From Blasia pusilla (Eukaryota), in assembly GCA_050084515.1 (NCBI GenBank), contig CM114271.1:23002001-23066000 (forward strand): 64,000 bases of DNA, given 5' to 3'. The notes under the pieces are model-generated. The model made no database searches, was not told where the DNA came from, and worked only from the letters and a program-made list of their open reading frames with translations. The translations under genes and the position numbers were made by a program. Positions 1-13,560 of the stretch are shown piece after piece. The first letter of the stretch is position 1; each line of letters opens with the position of its first letter.

Positions 1-1422
1 CACAGACTATCCCGTCGTATTGAGCCAGATCAAATGACTTGGCCAGATCTTTGGCATGGCGTATATATTGGGTTTCTGAATTAAATGTTAATCACAATCA
101 GACAGTTAGAATACTAAAGTCTCTCATCACCAGACCATCGGGTCCAAGAGGAATGAACATAGAACTTGAGGATGGCCTTCCCTGGCCACCAATTCAGAGT
201 CCCAAGACTAATGTTGCAAAGAGAACATACTCGTCTTTCTTAAACAGTAGAGAAACACTACTTGGCATTCTTAGGGTGTAATAAGTGATGAATGATCGAC
301 ATGAGCAAGCAGAGGTCTTTCCTTTAAATTCAATAAGAGATTACCAGAATTTTGCTTGATCAAACTGTTCTCTGGAAGAGTATTTTTGTTGTGTAGGTGC
401 TAAGTGTATTAAAGACCAATATCAAACTGATACAATTACTCGTATGGAGTACATAAGAAAGTGATAAGCACAACTATAGTTATAGTAGGGTACAGAAGCA
501 TCTGCATACGAAAGAGATGTATGTGCTACCATGAAAGACTCTCTCCCAGTTGCCAATGACGACACTCTCCTTTCAGATCATGTGATATGGAACATTGCAA
601 GGTGATGACTCTGCAGACACTTGAACCAAAAGCCACCCAATAGCAAGAGAACAGTTTATCACTTGTGCCATATAAGTCTACTTATGAAGAAAAATTCATT
701 GCAACTATTTGCTCGCCAAGAGCATTCTAACTACATCGGCCCAGCCGGAGAAGAAAATTCAACATATATTCCTAAGGGCCAGACGAATGCAAATAGTTCT
801 CGTACCTCGCATAGTGATAACTATCCCAGCGGCTTTCATTAGAGGCTCCACAACCTCCGTGAACACTTTCCTCCCCCGATTTTTGCCACCGAAAGGATTA
901 ACTAAAATCAGAAGTCGCTTTGGTCTCCCTGTAAAACGATGTTTTTTGAAGGTCAGACGGAAAAGGACAGTCCACAAGGTCGGACTAACTATCGCACAGC
1001 ACAATTTCATAACGTGGACCAAGTAAACTCGATCACCAAGGCCATTAACTTCCCATCCCTTCAGGTTCCCGGAATTGCTCATTAGTTTATAGGAGTAACC
1101 TACCAGAGGCATTAAGCACACGCTGGGTGGCGTTGCTCCACTCTGTGTGCGCATCTCTGTCACTAAACTCCACGTTATAATCCCGCTTGTCCCTGTGGGG
1201 GTGGCCACCACAACATTTCACCTTCGTTTGATGGAAAGTGTGATATACGATAGTGGAAGAATTTGTCGTGAAGCCGATGACATCATTTACAAGATCAATA
1301 GTACCAGAGCTATCTTTATGCCAGCTTGGTTCAACGCTTTCCCATTGAAGCAGCCCCGAAGGAGTGAGAGAAGCATTAACCCTGTATCCCGCAATTACCA
1401 CCTGTTGCTTCAAAACTTCCAT
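1..1422 (-). CDS. SPHK: Sphingosine kinase / long-chain base kinase (DAGK-like catalytic family), first three coding exons; gene runs off the left edge. Exons 1422-1104, 928-806, 75-<1
   Basis: Joined translation MEVLKQQVVIAG...NASG|RPKRLLILVNPFGGKNRGRKVFTEVVEPLMKAAGIVITMR|ETQYIRHAKDLAKSFDLAQYDGIVCV. It carries the NPFGG motif and the start of the ET..HA...YDGIVCVSGDG motif of sphingosine kinases. All junctions are GT-AG with matching phase 1. Confidence 0.93.
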
Positions 1423-2394
1423 CGTCGGCACAAGTATTTATCTCTACTCCTTAACCACCTTAAATCCAAATACGCAGGCCACAGATCAATGCTGCTCTTC
1501 AAGGCAGGTCACACAACAATGTCCCCAGTTTATATTCGTTTGGCGATTGATTTCTGCGACGATCTTTCGACGCAGGTCGCGTGCGACTATCACCAGTTCC
1601 TTCTGTTTCACAATCGATGTCTACTACAATCTGAAACCGGACCCGACTGAAGAATGTGAAAAAATAGAGATCGGAGCGTCCAAGAAAAGAGAACGAGCTG
1701 GGCAAGATTTCAGCTCCTCCCAGCTTCCCAAGAGCCAATTTGAGCTCCCTTGTAGACTACTTTTGCCAAATCGGAATCGATCACCGGTAAGTTCTTCGAT
1801 AAAACTCCAGTGAAGGTACCAAAAATAACCTCAGGCTTCCATGCTCCCGAACCTACATGCAAGTCGCACTTAAGTGTTACTCCGTGGACACGCGATCTCG
1901 CGCGCTGGCACAACCAGATGCCTGTCCCAATACTTTCTGTCACGTCCCTCGATCTTCACCACAGGACATTCAAGACCGTTCGATTAAACAGAGCGCACTT
2001 TGCGAATTGTCTCCCGTGCTCAGGTTATTCGCCGATTCTTTACTTCGCTCCCCAAACCGCAAAATTTTCCAACAGGCCGATCGAACCTTCCTCTGTACCG
2101 GACGGAGCCTTTTCACCCTCCCAAAACACAGCACAAAGTCGGAGCTCAAAATCGCTCCAGGATCCGAGACTTTTTCCACAAGCTCCACCTTCTGGTTTTG
2201 GCAGACGGCTGAATCGCTCGCTCGCTGGCACGCCAAAAAGCTACACGGGAAATATTCCTCTAAGCCCGCGCGGCAGCTACAGCTACAGCGAATCGATTGC
2301 AGAGCCTTACCACAACGCCATGGTAGCACCGCACCGCAGCGAAGTAGAAGAAACTCCGGCGTCACCTCGGTTACGCTGCTCGCTCATAATTTAG

Positions 2395-2438
2395 CGCCGT
2401 CGCCATCGCCATCGCCATCGCCAAGGCCAAGGCCAAGG
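2395..2438. repeat. Short compound microsatellite (GCCATC)n(GCCAAG)n upstream of SPHK
   Basis: gccgtcgccatcgccatcgccatcgccaaggccaaggccaagg read directly. Confidence 0.8.
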
Positions 2439-5132
2439 TCGGGTGGCTGGCTGGCTGGCACGCGTGAGACAAGCACGTACTGCCCTGCTTCATGGGTTCA
2501 TCGGTAGGTCAAACAGGGAGAAAACCTGCGCAGCTCAAAGCGGAGGCAAGCGGTCAGTCCTCACAGCCTTGAATCTTTGACCCGGTCGGATCGCCATACC
2601 ACGCCCGCACCTTCCCCGGGCGATGCCGTCCGTCACTTCCTAAACGCCTCCGCCTCCCATGGGAAGAGACTGTGCTCACTAAGTAGTGCATGTCGTAGCC
2701 TTGTGACCGTAGAACCTGCGCTATGGTCGCAAGACGCCTATGGGAAGAGAGAGTGAGGTGAGGTGAGGGGGAGGACAAGAAGAGACATAATCTATTGATC
2801 TATGAGCAAGTCCCCGATGAGCGATTCCACGGTCGCAGAGTCCTTCCGATGCTAAATCGACGATTATCGATCCACTGACCATAGGCCGGTCACTTGTCCT
2901 TCCGCGCCGTGAAATTTGGGGCGCACAAATATTAGGGACGATCTTTCGAAAATCAAAGGACGGTAGCCGGTGGTCTTTTAAATTCTTTCATAATCAAAGG
3001 TCGAAACTGTTTGTGATCCTACCTGAAAATTGGTAGGACCGTCGGAGAGGGACTCCCGCGGCGACTCCATGGGGACGGGGTCTATGTCTTCCTCTTTACC
3101 GTTTATTTCCCCCGTTCGCTCTCTCTACGGCGCGAGGAGCTATACCATACACTATATTCCCCCATTCGTTCTCTATACGGCATAAGGCCCTATATAGTAC
3201 CATATATTTTCCCCGCTCGCCACACGAGATCTCGATCTGTCGTGACGTGGGGGGGAGAGAGAGGTACGTCAAAAACCTTAGGTGGAGATTGGAAAATACT
3301 GATAAAATCATAAATGGTGAGTCCATGGTCGTAACACAGAAACTAAGACAGACGACCTAGGAACCCGACATTGACAAATCGTGATCGACCTCACATGGGT
3401 AGAATGCTACTTATCGGCTATCTAAGATGTGATAGGAAGAAAGCTTATTGATCATATCCTCCAATTCCTCAGTTTGAGATGAAAAGGGATTCATGTCAAA
3501 AGCAAACTTACTTCGACGTGTCTTTCAATTTTACACTTGGAAGTGAAAATTTTGACAAGTTTTGGAGTAAAAGCTTCTTTATAATGTCTTTGTGTTGTAT
3601 CTTTGGGATGTTAGATCTTGTATGTTATGAAGAAAACTTGCTTTTATACACTCTAAATTGTGTGCATTTTTATAACAATAGGTTTCTAGTAGAATTGTTG
3701 GAAGCTTACGTTTATGCATGGGATTCATTGGAATCTCCATAGCTACTCTCTACAGCTAGTACTAAGACTATTCCTTTGCATCGATTTCTTTCTCCATGGG
3801 AGAATTTGAGTATCTTCTAAAGTATGTATTATTTAGGCTCAAAGGTTCCCTTGTGTAGATCCTCGAGCCCATCTCATAATTACAAATCATACATAAGTGT
3901 ATTTTGACCAAAATTATTACGCAAAATTCATATCGAGGTAGACGAGGATATCTTCTTTCTTAGGGTTATGATTTTTTCTTTTGTATGCAAATCGTTTTAC
4001 AATCTACGTTGCTAGCCATAGTCATACTACATATAGTTCTAATCTTCTCACCATATAGAGAACAAAAAAAATGATTCTGGGTGAAAAAAATACACTCAAC
4101 CATCTCCATTCTCAAGAAGGCATAATGTTGTCAAGCCATATCCACCCTAAACCAAGAGGGAATTTAGAGCGTAACATTATAAATCTTAGCAACCCTTAAA
4201 GGAAGAGTGTTTCCTTTTGAGCTCAAAATGAGAAATATGGCTCTTGGGGAGCCATGTTCTCACTTTATGTACTCTTATGAATTACCAAAAGATACCATTG
4301 CCCCCAAAGATAGCCCTAAACATTACCTTGTGCACACACAAATTAGCAAGTGACCTAATAGCTAGTCAACATGTCACCAAATGCAAAATAGAAATAAACA
4401 AAAGTTTTTGGAAAAGTTACTTTCAACCTAACAATGTTGACCCCAAACTCCTCTCACTATGTAGGACAAAAACATAGCTCAATAACTCCCTACCTCATGG
4501 ATATAGTAGAATTCTAGAAATTGACCAATCATGATGTGACAAAGCCTAGTATACTTCAACTTTCTTTAAAAAGTTATATTGTAAAACAAGAATAGAGGAG
4601 AAATTGTGACTGACCAAGGATTGAGAGTATTCATGAAAATTCATAAAATTTCAACCAAATAATCTTTTTTCATATGGAAAACACGAGCAACATTTTGGAT
4701 TATGTACATACATATGACATGCTAGCTTTGCGTAACTTAAATCATCTTATTTGAGTTGGTATTATAACAAGTCAAGTTCTTGAAACACCTATTGGAAATA
4801 TTTTATGGAAAGAGTCACTTGAAACATCAGTCCAAAATTTTTGCAAGATTTTTTTTCAAAAATAATCAATGAAAAGAGTACACCACATGTATCTTCAAAT
4901 TTTATTTTTTCTTATTTCCATTTTCCTTGATAAATATTCCATGTCTAGATTTTTCCCTTGCCATTTTTCATCTACATTCCTTTATCCTAGGACCTTATGC
5001 ATTGGGTAGGCAAAATACTATTCTAATGTGAAAGCGCTTATTCATGCATTACTTATTATGCATGAAGTAGTGTGACATCGTATCATGACTAAATTTTAAC
5101 CAATGACTTAATAATATTCCATATAAATACAG

Positions 5133-5520
5133 ATGAATATTCTTTGACTATAAGAAGACTTGTACAAAATATTAGCTTTCTCTTATAGGTGTTGAAAAAT
5201 GTAGGCATGCGAGACTATATGACTACCATTTGTTTTTTCTTTCATTTTATTTTTCGTTATTTATGTTGTCGGGGCTACTTCAGATGCATCACCAAAGTTT
5301 CCCATTCCTTTGATTCCTTACTGAATTCCCCTTTATCTCATCATATTCCATAGAGATGTCCCAACAAGAAAAACACTCCCATGAATATTCTTGGACTACC
5401 AAAGGCTTGAATCCAAAGGAAACAAACTTTTTCTTATTGATGTTGAAAAATGTAGGTATAGAAGAATGTAGAAGACTATAGGAATGCCACGTACTTTTTT
5501 ATCATCCTATTTTCTGTTGT
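5133..5520. repeat. Diverged direct repeat (two ~120-140 bp copies, ~248 bp apart) in AT-rich intergenic, probably TE-derived DNA
   Basis: ATGAATATTCTT(T/G)GACTA ... TGTTGAAAAATGTAGG ... AGACTATA occurs at ~5133-5250 and again at ~5381-5520. Confidence 0.65.
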
Positions 5521-7279
5521 CTTACTATTTATATCCATCCTCAAATCAAATGAACCATTCATTCAATTATTCCTAAGATAAAAGGATTTATTCAGAAATT
5601 TTAGAAATTCAAATCAATAGTATGGTCCGTAGTATTTGCATTAAAAAATGAACGCGAAGGTGTCCCCCATACACGTATTCCGAGTCTTTTCCCATCGATT
5701 GGACAGTTGCGCTTTGACACGCCTCAATAGACAGAGATCTACCGCGTCAATCTGAACCGGCCCAACCGTAAACTCGCGGGAATGTGATCGTGTCTGTACA
5801 GGAGGAGTCCATACATCTGATAGTATTTAAGTGATTATCCTCAGCCGCTCAGTTGAGTTTGGTCTGTAGAGGTCCACATATTGCCTTACCTCGAGGACCT
5901 TGGCACGAGTCCTGCCGTTTCGAGATCGTGGCTCGTTGTGAGGGCTGCGTGACACTAGTATGTGATTGGTATTTGATGTGAAGGGACCTCCGTTTCGCCG
6001 CAGGACTTTGCGAATCGGGCATATTACGAGGATTGGAAGCACGGATGGAGAACGGCGTCGTAGGTTTGCGGTTCAATTCGAATTTTGACGCTGTTCGGAA
6101 GTCTTTTAGTAGGAGGGCGGTTTCATCATAGATAGGAAAGGTTTCATCATCCGACTTCACGGGTGCGAGACCCCGGAGGTTGTATCCAGTTACTGTCTCA
6201 CAGCGACAGCAGATTGTGGAAGTCCCACAGCTGCCACTTTCGGAGCTCTATGAGAAATCTTAGGGTCTTACATTGAACCTTTGTTGCGTTGCTGAGTCGT
6301 CGCCTCTTTACTGACCTGACTTCCGAACATCTGACACGTCGGTCCTTTCAGTGATTGACCGCCCGTACATGATTCTCGTTTGCAACGCACTCTTGTCTGA
6401 TCGGTGGTCAGTAGGCATGGCACGACATCGGGCAGCGACGGCGGACATACGCGACGGGCGAAGTCGTTGGAAGACAGTTGTCTCTAGAATTCTGTCAGCC
6501 GGCCCCAGTCCTGGTGCACCGTGCACTTTGCCTCAAGAAACCTGTGAATCTGCCCGGATCTTGTTGCACCAGGCCGTATCCGGATCCGAGGCCTTCACCT
6601 CCTAGACATGTGATGTTCAACACTGCAAGTTGACAGGTTTCCGGGTGGTGTCTTGACATGGTATCTCCTCTTTTACAAGTTGTTTCCTTGCCATGGAAAG
6701 TACTTCGTACTTATTCGACACTCTCGTCTTCAAAAAGTTCAATTGTCATTACTCTGAAAGCTTTTCGCTGTCGCCAAAAAATCCAGAACCAAAATTAGTG
6801 ATTAGAGCGATGATGCCATAAAAAGCTCATCTCGATCGTCTTGTTGGACACTCGTTTCGTTAACATAGAGCACCCGATGCTTCATCTTTGGCATTTGACA
6901 TTATCACTTGAAGAAGAACTTCAGTGAATGTCTAATGTCTATCTACGATTCAAATAACAAGAGGTCAAAACTTGGTGTCCTTGTCTGACTTATTCTGAAT
7001 CTTCTCCTCGTAAGATGCGTGAAAGATCCTTTGTCGCCAGCTCCATCTTCAAAATAAAGTCTCGACAACTAGGAAGCTAACAGCAGGCTAAAATTTCAGA
7101 GAAGGCAATTCAATAGGATCCATCACATTTGGCACTCACATCAGTGATGATTCTAAATAAGATTTTTTCTAACTATTGCTGGCAGATGAGGCAGGATCTC
7201 CACGACGCATCAATCATATCATTAGAACTTCTTTTTGGAGTATCAAGTGACAGCAGTCCCGGGGAACTATGAATTTCAG

Positions 7280-10200
7280 CTACCAAAAGCGCCATGGATC
7301 TTTGTCTGGTGGCACATATTCAGTCGTGGGAGGCAACAATGTAAAAGACGAAATTGTGCTCTTGAACAAGGGTGACATCTGCATTCAGAGCGACCAAACA
7401 GGCTGGTGGTTATGATTCGGAGAGTTCAGCGGACATAAAATTTCAGGTGATGCTGGTCTTCGAGGCATCTGAGGCACTTACGAAACCTTTAAAAGTGCTA
7501 GAACTCAGTCACTTACCCTTTTCCAATTAGTATCCAAGGTGGAGGCGTTCAAAGAATAAAGGTAGCCTGCAAAACGGTGTTGTGTATTAGCTATTATAGA
7601 ATCAGCACTTTTACCATCCAAGCCTCTCCACAATCGTTTCACTCCAGTCCAATATGAAAGATGCTATGGGACTGCTAGGAGGGAAACGTGCCAGTGTAGC
7701 TAGCCACGAGTCAGCCTTGAAAGCACAGTGATTCAGTTGACCACATTCAAGAATTCACACACCTTCTCTTTCGGCAGTTACTGCAACTGAGTGTCTGTAA
7801 ACATCCAGACCTCCTTGCTGGCACATGGACGGACAAAAGTGAGAACTGTTCAAACACTTTATCACGAATTCTTCAATTGCACCACTGCTGAGAAACAAGC
7901 TCAAATAATAAGAGGCTGAGAGGCCAGAATTGGTATTTCCTTACCAAAACTGTTGGAGATTTCTGTACTATGTACTCATAATACCAATACTGAATCCCGT
8001 CCTTCTGCAAAAGGAACACAACTGTATTCAAAGATTTCTTCTTCCATCAACCTCAAGTAGCATATATTGCCATTCCCAAGCATGTATTGCCATTTACTAG
8101 TCATTGCTTAGAACATTAACTGAACGATGATCACATTGAATTTCGGAGATTTCATACCTCTTCAGAGTGCGAACCCAAAATTGATATCTCAGCCACCCTT
8201 TGGCCTGTTGTCATGCGCTGTCAATCAGCCAATGCAAGGTGCTGTTAGGACAGTGCCAAATCTCAGTCAAAGATTCTGGTTTGATGTGAAGTAATCATCG
8301 ATCCTGTCGAAAGCATTCAGAAGAGTTTGAATCCACTGGCCATTCGCTCTCCCAATTTCTGAACGCAAGAAAAAGATCTTCAAAGGATTAAGTAGTCAAA
8401 GAGACACTTTGTATAGAGGCAGTGGCATACCGCAGTGGACTTGTCTGCAAGAACAGAACTGGCCACATCCTTCGCATCCCAGTCTTTAGTTTCACTGGAC
8501 TTGAGGATCATGAAGTTTGGTGGACCGACCTACAAAAAGAAAGGTCAAGTTGCACCGATCACTTGATGCTCCTTGTCCCATATGTGCTGATATGGAAGAG
8601 TCAGAGCTTCCACTGAACCTACATAATTCTACTTTCCTAACTAGTCAATTGGTTACTACTCCCAATCGAGGTGATGATTCATATCAATGAAGTGCAGATC
8701 CCTGTCTATGATCCTTTCCCTTTGTAGACAACAGCCCCTTTTATTACAAAAATTTCTATGTGGAAATTCTAAGTGTCACACACATCCACAATCTGCAGGC
8801 TTTTCGTCCTCCTCACAATCAGGTTCGTAGACCATCAAGTCCACATCTGACGTAAGGCAACATATTATGCAGTCTGCGCATTGAGCATGCTAAGGTTCGA
8901 GAGCATCTTTACCCCATTATACAAAAGGACACACTGTCACTTTGCAGTGGGTAGAAGGTGGCTGCACCAAATGATGTTTACATAGTGCGGCAATTTTGAC
9001 CCAAGAACACCATCATCGATGTAATAGTTGAATTGCAAGAAAACAGGAGTATGGAGTCAACCAATCTTTAGTAATTTTTTATTGTACTAAGGAGGAGGTG
9101 TCATGGCAACCGCGCTCTTTAAGTGAACATAGTGTAGTGATTGTTATGTAGTGGACTAAATGGTTTAGGGCATGCAAAAAGCTGGAAGAAAAGGTGACAA
9201 GCACCACGTGAGAATTACCGACACAGACATGACAGAATTATTTCTGAAATCGATTCGCTCCGAGACTATCCTTTGTCGTGCATCCGCTGAAGCACATCCA
9301 CTAACCGTCAGACTGGTAAAATGTTATCAGTATGCCAAAATACATTTGAAGAGGTTCATTTCAGTGAAAGAGCAAGCAACAACCTGCACAAGTCACTACC
9401 TAGAATTCAACTGAAGAAATACTCTCTGTTGGCTTGTTAAATGTAGAGACCATCTCTTAGCACTTTGCATTAGATAGTGTCAGTGACACAAGTTTCCCTG
9501 TTCTTGGCGTTGACCATAAAATCACGAAAGTTCTGTTGGAAACAACTAAGGTTACAGAAATCCACTTACGTGCGAGTGGTGCGGCTGATGAATAGCGCTC
9601 CGGCTTTCGAGACTCAACCCTGCCCCAACCGACCAGTTATTTTACCTATACAGTAATAGAATCCCGCAAATGCAGCAAAGCCGTCAACACCATCTTCTTC
9701 CATTCGTCTACACAATACAGTTTGTTTTCCTCTTGAACAGACTAGGGAAAAGCCACCATGGACGAAGATAAGATGGGAGAATCCATCAGGCAAGAAATAG
9801 GGAGAATTCTGGCAGTCAAGACTATATAATGGCTCAAGACTGGCTGATTTGAAAGAAAAAAAGGAGAACCTTTTCACAAGCTGACCTCAGAAACAGCAAG
9901 GACCATTTCAGCTATACCATTGAAAATCGAGCTAACACCTAGAGGACCTCCAGCAATACTGTCCCCCATAACCTGGGCATTCCCTACAAGCCCATGGGCT
10001 TGGACATGGTCTTATGCGATAAACAATATCTGCATTAGAGTAAAGGAGTCACAGATGCTAATCCATTCCTCAAATCGAGAAGTTGAACACACTAAAAGAC
10101 AAATGTATCAAACCTCTCACCCTTTGCCCAATAGATCAAAACATAGGAAGAGCATTGGGAAGACTGATCATGGCAAGCAAATCCACAATCTCCATGAAGA

Positions 10201-12519
10201 AGTGAAGGAAAGATATTATGCATTGAGCCAAGAGGGACACACAAGCAATCTTCTGATTCACACATATAGAGCAGAGTATCCAGAATAGGAAGTCTTGAAG
10301 CTTCTCCTCATATGAATCAAAATGGCTTCATGTACGAAGATGAATCTTAAGTCTCTCAGCAACTGGCTTCAAAACCTATAGACAGTCCTGCAAGGAAATT
10401 GAATTTAACAGGATGCCTAGGCCATACCATTTGATAGGTGTGAGCTCCTTGCCTGCAGCGACAGGGTAGATGAAGGAATACGCGTTGATCTCATCCACTT
10501 GCACTGCAGTAGATGTAGGCATTATCTGGATCATGTCCCCGCCATCTGCAAGAACAATTGACTCCAATTTACTCAAACGCAGAAGATCATGCCTAGACTG
10601 AACGTCACACACATCTCTCGAGTGTCAACTTCTTAACATTTGGGTTCTGTGAAGTGAGGTGTTATAGGAGAATGTAAAGAAGTACAGAACAGCTTCTTAT
10701 AGGGAATGGACAGTTTCCGACTGGAGTTGCCATCATGCTGGCAACTCCAGTCAGAAAATGATCGCAGTTGTGTGAATCCATTTCTCGTTTAAGGCCAAGT
10801 GGAGTGAGCAAAAGCTGCACTACCCAATTCACAATTCCAATCATGAAACCAGAATTTTGCCTGTCTCAAATTGCACTCTCATCTGCAGTCCCCAAGGAAG
10901 GGCTCCGAAGTCATCAACAATAATGATTTTTCCGACTCCTCCCCCATCTCAAGCTTAGTTATAAACTAATCCCAGCACAAATGCAAACCTTCTCATGAAC
11001 TTAGCAAAGTGTTTCCACGACAAATATTTGTGAATGGACGATTTGTCCAACATGAGCAAAATCATCGTAGAACTGCAGCCAAATGAGTAAGTGGGGATTG
11101 ATGAATAAGCCAAATTCGATATCCGCTGGGGCTGGAGTCATACGACAGAAAACGAGAAAAGGGGTTCGAGACTGATCCTCTCACCAAAACAAAAAATCTG
11201 GAGAGGAGAGGATAGCAGAGGGTTTTTTTTTTTCAAACTTCGCCCCCCCTCAGAAGTTCAGTCCAATAACCCTCACGACTTTGCTGCATTCCATTCCTCT
11301 ACATTTGCAGGTTTCTCCATCAGGAACCTATGCATGAAAAGCCCAGAAAGAGACCCAACTTGGATTAATCAGACAGCTCATTCCAAACGAGGGGACGAGT
11401 TGGCATCCACTCTTAAAGTCCATACCCAATTTCTCTCATTCCGCTTCTCCTCTAAGAAGGGACCTTCGAAAGCACACATTGGGGTGAGTACGAAGCTGGG
11501 AATTCATTTTCGGATGTCTCCAACACCTCCACTTTGTGGATTGTGGAGGGCCAGTGATTCTCACCATTTCTTTTCTCGCCAAATGGAGTGAGTGACAGAA
11601 ATCTGGACTGTCCAACAGTCGAAACAGAGAGTAGCCTCCTTCTCATACCCCAAATGAGTTGTATTTAGCTACTGCGCTCTCATACTGCACACTGTGCCCG
11701 ACCCAATGAGCTTCTGAGGCTCTTATACTGTATGATGTGCCCAACCCAATGAGCTTCTGAGGCGGACTCAGAAGCCCATTACTGAACCCTCTTAGACCTT
11801 TAGTGTAAGTGTCCCTGGTATTGCTTCCTCTGTGGGCTTTTGTTTGTTGTGAGGATTGTAAGGGCCCCTTTTCTTTGCCTTCTTCCTGACTCTTTGAATT
11901 CCCCTTTCAAGCTTCCGATGGGTTTCCTGATTTCGAAACAGACATCTAGCAAGGGCGTGACAAATACCCAAAGGGCAGCCGTCAAAGAGAGACGAGGGAA
12001 CGATGGGGAGACGCTGCGGTAGAATCCACAGCTGAAGAAGGTCCACGAGTCTCTCAGACGATCGAGGATTGTTCAGAGGAAGTACCAGAGGGCTCCGCAT
12101 TGGCAGGAGCGATGCAGAGCGGAAGAGATAGAGCTGCTCCGAGACCCCTGAAAAGCGCCTGCCGACGACGAATGCTGTGACTCCCTCCAGCGTTCTTGCA
12201 CTCCTGCTCCTCGTGAGCCGATGCCTCCCCTGTTCTCTGGCATGCCACCAGACCCAACGACGATCGCCTCCCATTCCGCAGCCGAAGACTACCAATTCGC
12301 TCCCGAAGCTTCACGTCCGCTCTCGTGCTCTCCGAGCTCCCGAGCGCAGCTCCATCTCTTCTGGCCAACGCACACAGACGCCTTCATCAGAGAGATCGTA
12401 CTTATTACAGGTGGGGGGAGGGGAGGGAGGAGGAGGAGGAGAAGGAGGAGATGAGGTAGTGACCTGGGAAATGAGGACGCGAGGCGAGAACAGGGGCAGT
12501 GGCACAGGAGCGACTCCAT
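7280..12519 (-). CDS. PPD5: PsbP domain-containing protein 5, thylakoid lumen (~329 aa). Exons 12519-12464, 12360-12086, 10545-10428, 9619-9570, 9286-9219, 8529-8431, 8217-8158, 8004-7945, 7817-7763, 7566-7517, 7378-7280
   Basis: Spliced translation contains VDEINAYSFIYP...KWVESRKPERYSSAAPLAPDARQRIVSERID...VGPPN...WYYEYIVQKSPT...YRHSVAVTAEREGYLYSLNASTL...LLPPTTEYVPPDKDPWRFW*, the PPD5 signature. It is preceded by a twin-arginine (Tat) lumen signal SIRRRQALFRGLGAALSLPLCIAPANA. All introns are GT-AG and phase-consistent; the first exon and intron (start codon choice) are the least certain part. Confidence 0.93.
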
Positions 12520-13399
12520 AGCTGCCTCCGTCCGCTACGAAGCTGTAGAAATCCGGCCATGAATAGCATTCACACACAGACACACGCGAACGATTACTAT
12601 CAATGTCCGGCATCAAAACTCCGCACACTGCGAAAGCGCGCTTGCACCAAAACTCAAATTGAATCTCAGCGACCACAGACAGAGAGCGACAATTCACTCC
12701 TGTCCCAATTCCGAACATCCCCATAAGCCGCAGCGATCCAAACACCTATCCCCATGCGCCACTTCCCTCCCCCGCCCCCCAAACATCCAGACTCAAATTG
12801 CACAGCCTGAACCTCAAAAGCCATAATCCATGACAGATACACACCCTGAGTCCGGGCGACGTCCCTCGCCTCGCAATCGGCGGTCGCCAGATTCCCAATT
12901 GGAGTGCACTGCTGCAGCGATACTAGTACCGAGCTGAGCTCATCATGCACGTCCTGCAGCTGCAGCTGCCGAGATTCACAGCGGCGCTACGCGGTCTGAA
13001 AGGATAGACCGTATCAGTAGGATCAGTACTAGTAGGAGGGAGGGACGGACGCCATTATCCAAAGCCTCTGCTTCTTCTTCTTTTCTTTCTGTCCCGACAA
13101 TATCATCCCGTCCGTCTGTCCTCTCTCTCTCTCGCTTTCGCTGGCTTTCTGGTGGGTTCGGGGTTTAAGGTTCCGGACGCGAAAACTTCTTTATTTTCGT
13201 TTTTATCTCTTTATTTATATTGGTATACTTACTTACTTTCTCATATTCTACGTGGATTTAAGTTATCTATCACACTGTCCACCCACTCTCAAAATTTTAG
13301 AATGTCGTATTGATTTAGTTCTAAGACGAGGATCTTATTGGCTTAGAAGACGAGGATCCTAAGATGAGAGTGTCAAATGTTTATCTACACTCTCCCATA

Positions 13400-13560
13400 T
13401 CTATATTATTATATGATAGGAGAGTGCCTTTTGATTTTGCAAACATATTTTCCGCCATACTCTTCAACTTTTCATCTCACAAGTTCATGATCATACTCTT
13501 AGTTTCATGGGCAATGAGATCCATCCGCATTTGGGCTTACACTGGAGTGCAAACTACTAG
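13400..13560 (+). mobile_element. Putative short non-autonomous Helitron-like element / Helitron 5' end
   Basis: Begins A|TCTATATTATTAT...GGAGAG...TGATTTTGCAAACA, matching the element end at 23386 on the minus strand, and has CTAG at 13557-13560. There is no clear subterminal hairpin, and the base after CTAG is A rather than T. Confidence 0.35.

Noticed and set aside
1810..2507. Overlapping 130-216 aa ORFs upstream of SPHK
   Set aside because: No recognisable domains; consistent with GC-rich 5' leader or intron sequence
12402..12560. Alternative PPD5 start at ATG 12560 (MAGFLQLRSG...)
   Set aside because: It hits TAA TAA at ~12407 and is out of phase at the 12463 donor; ATG 12519 gives a phase-consistent join
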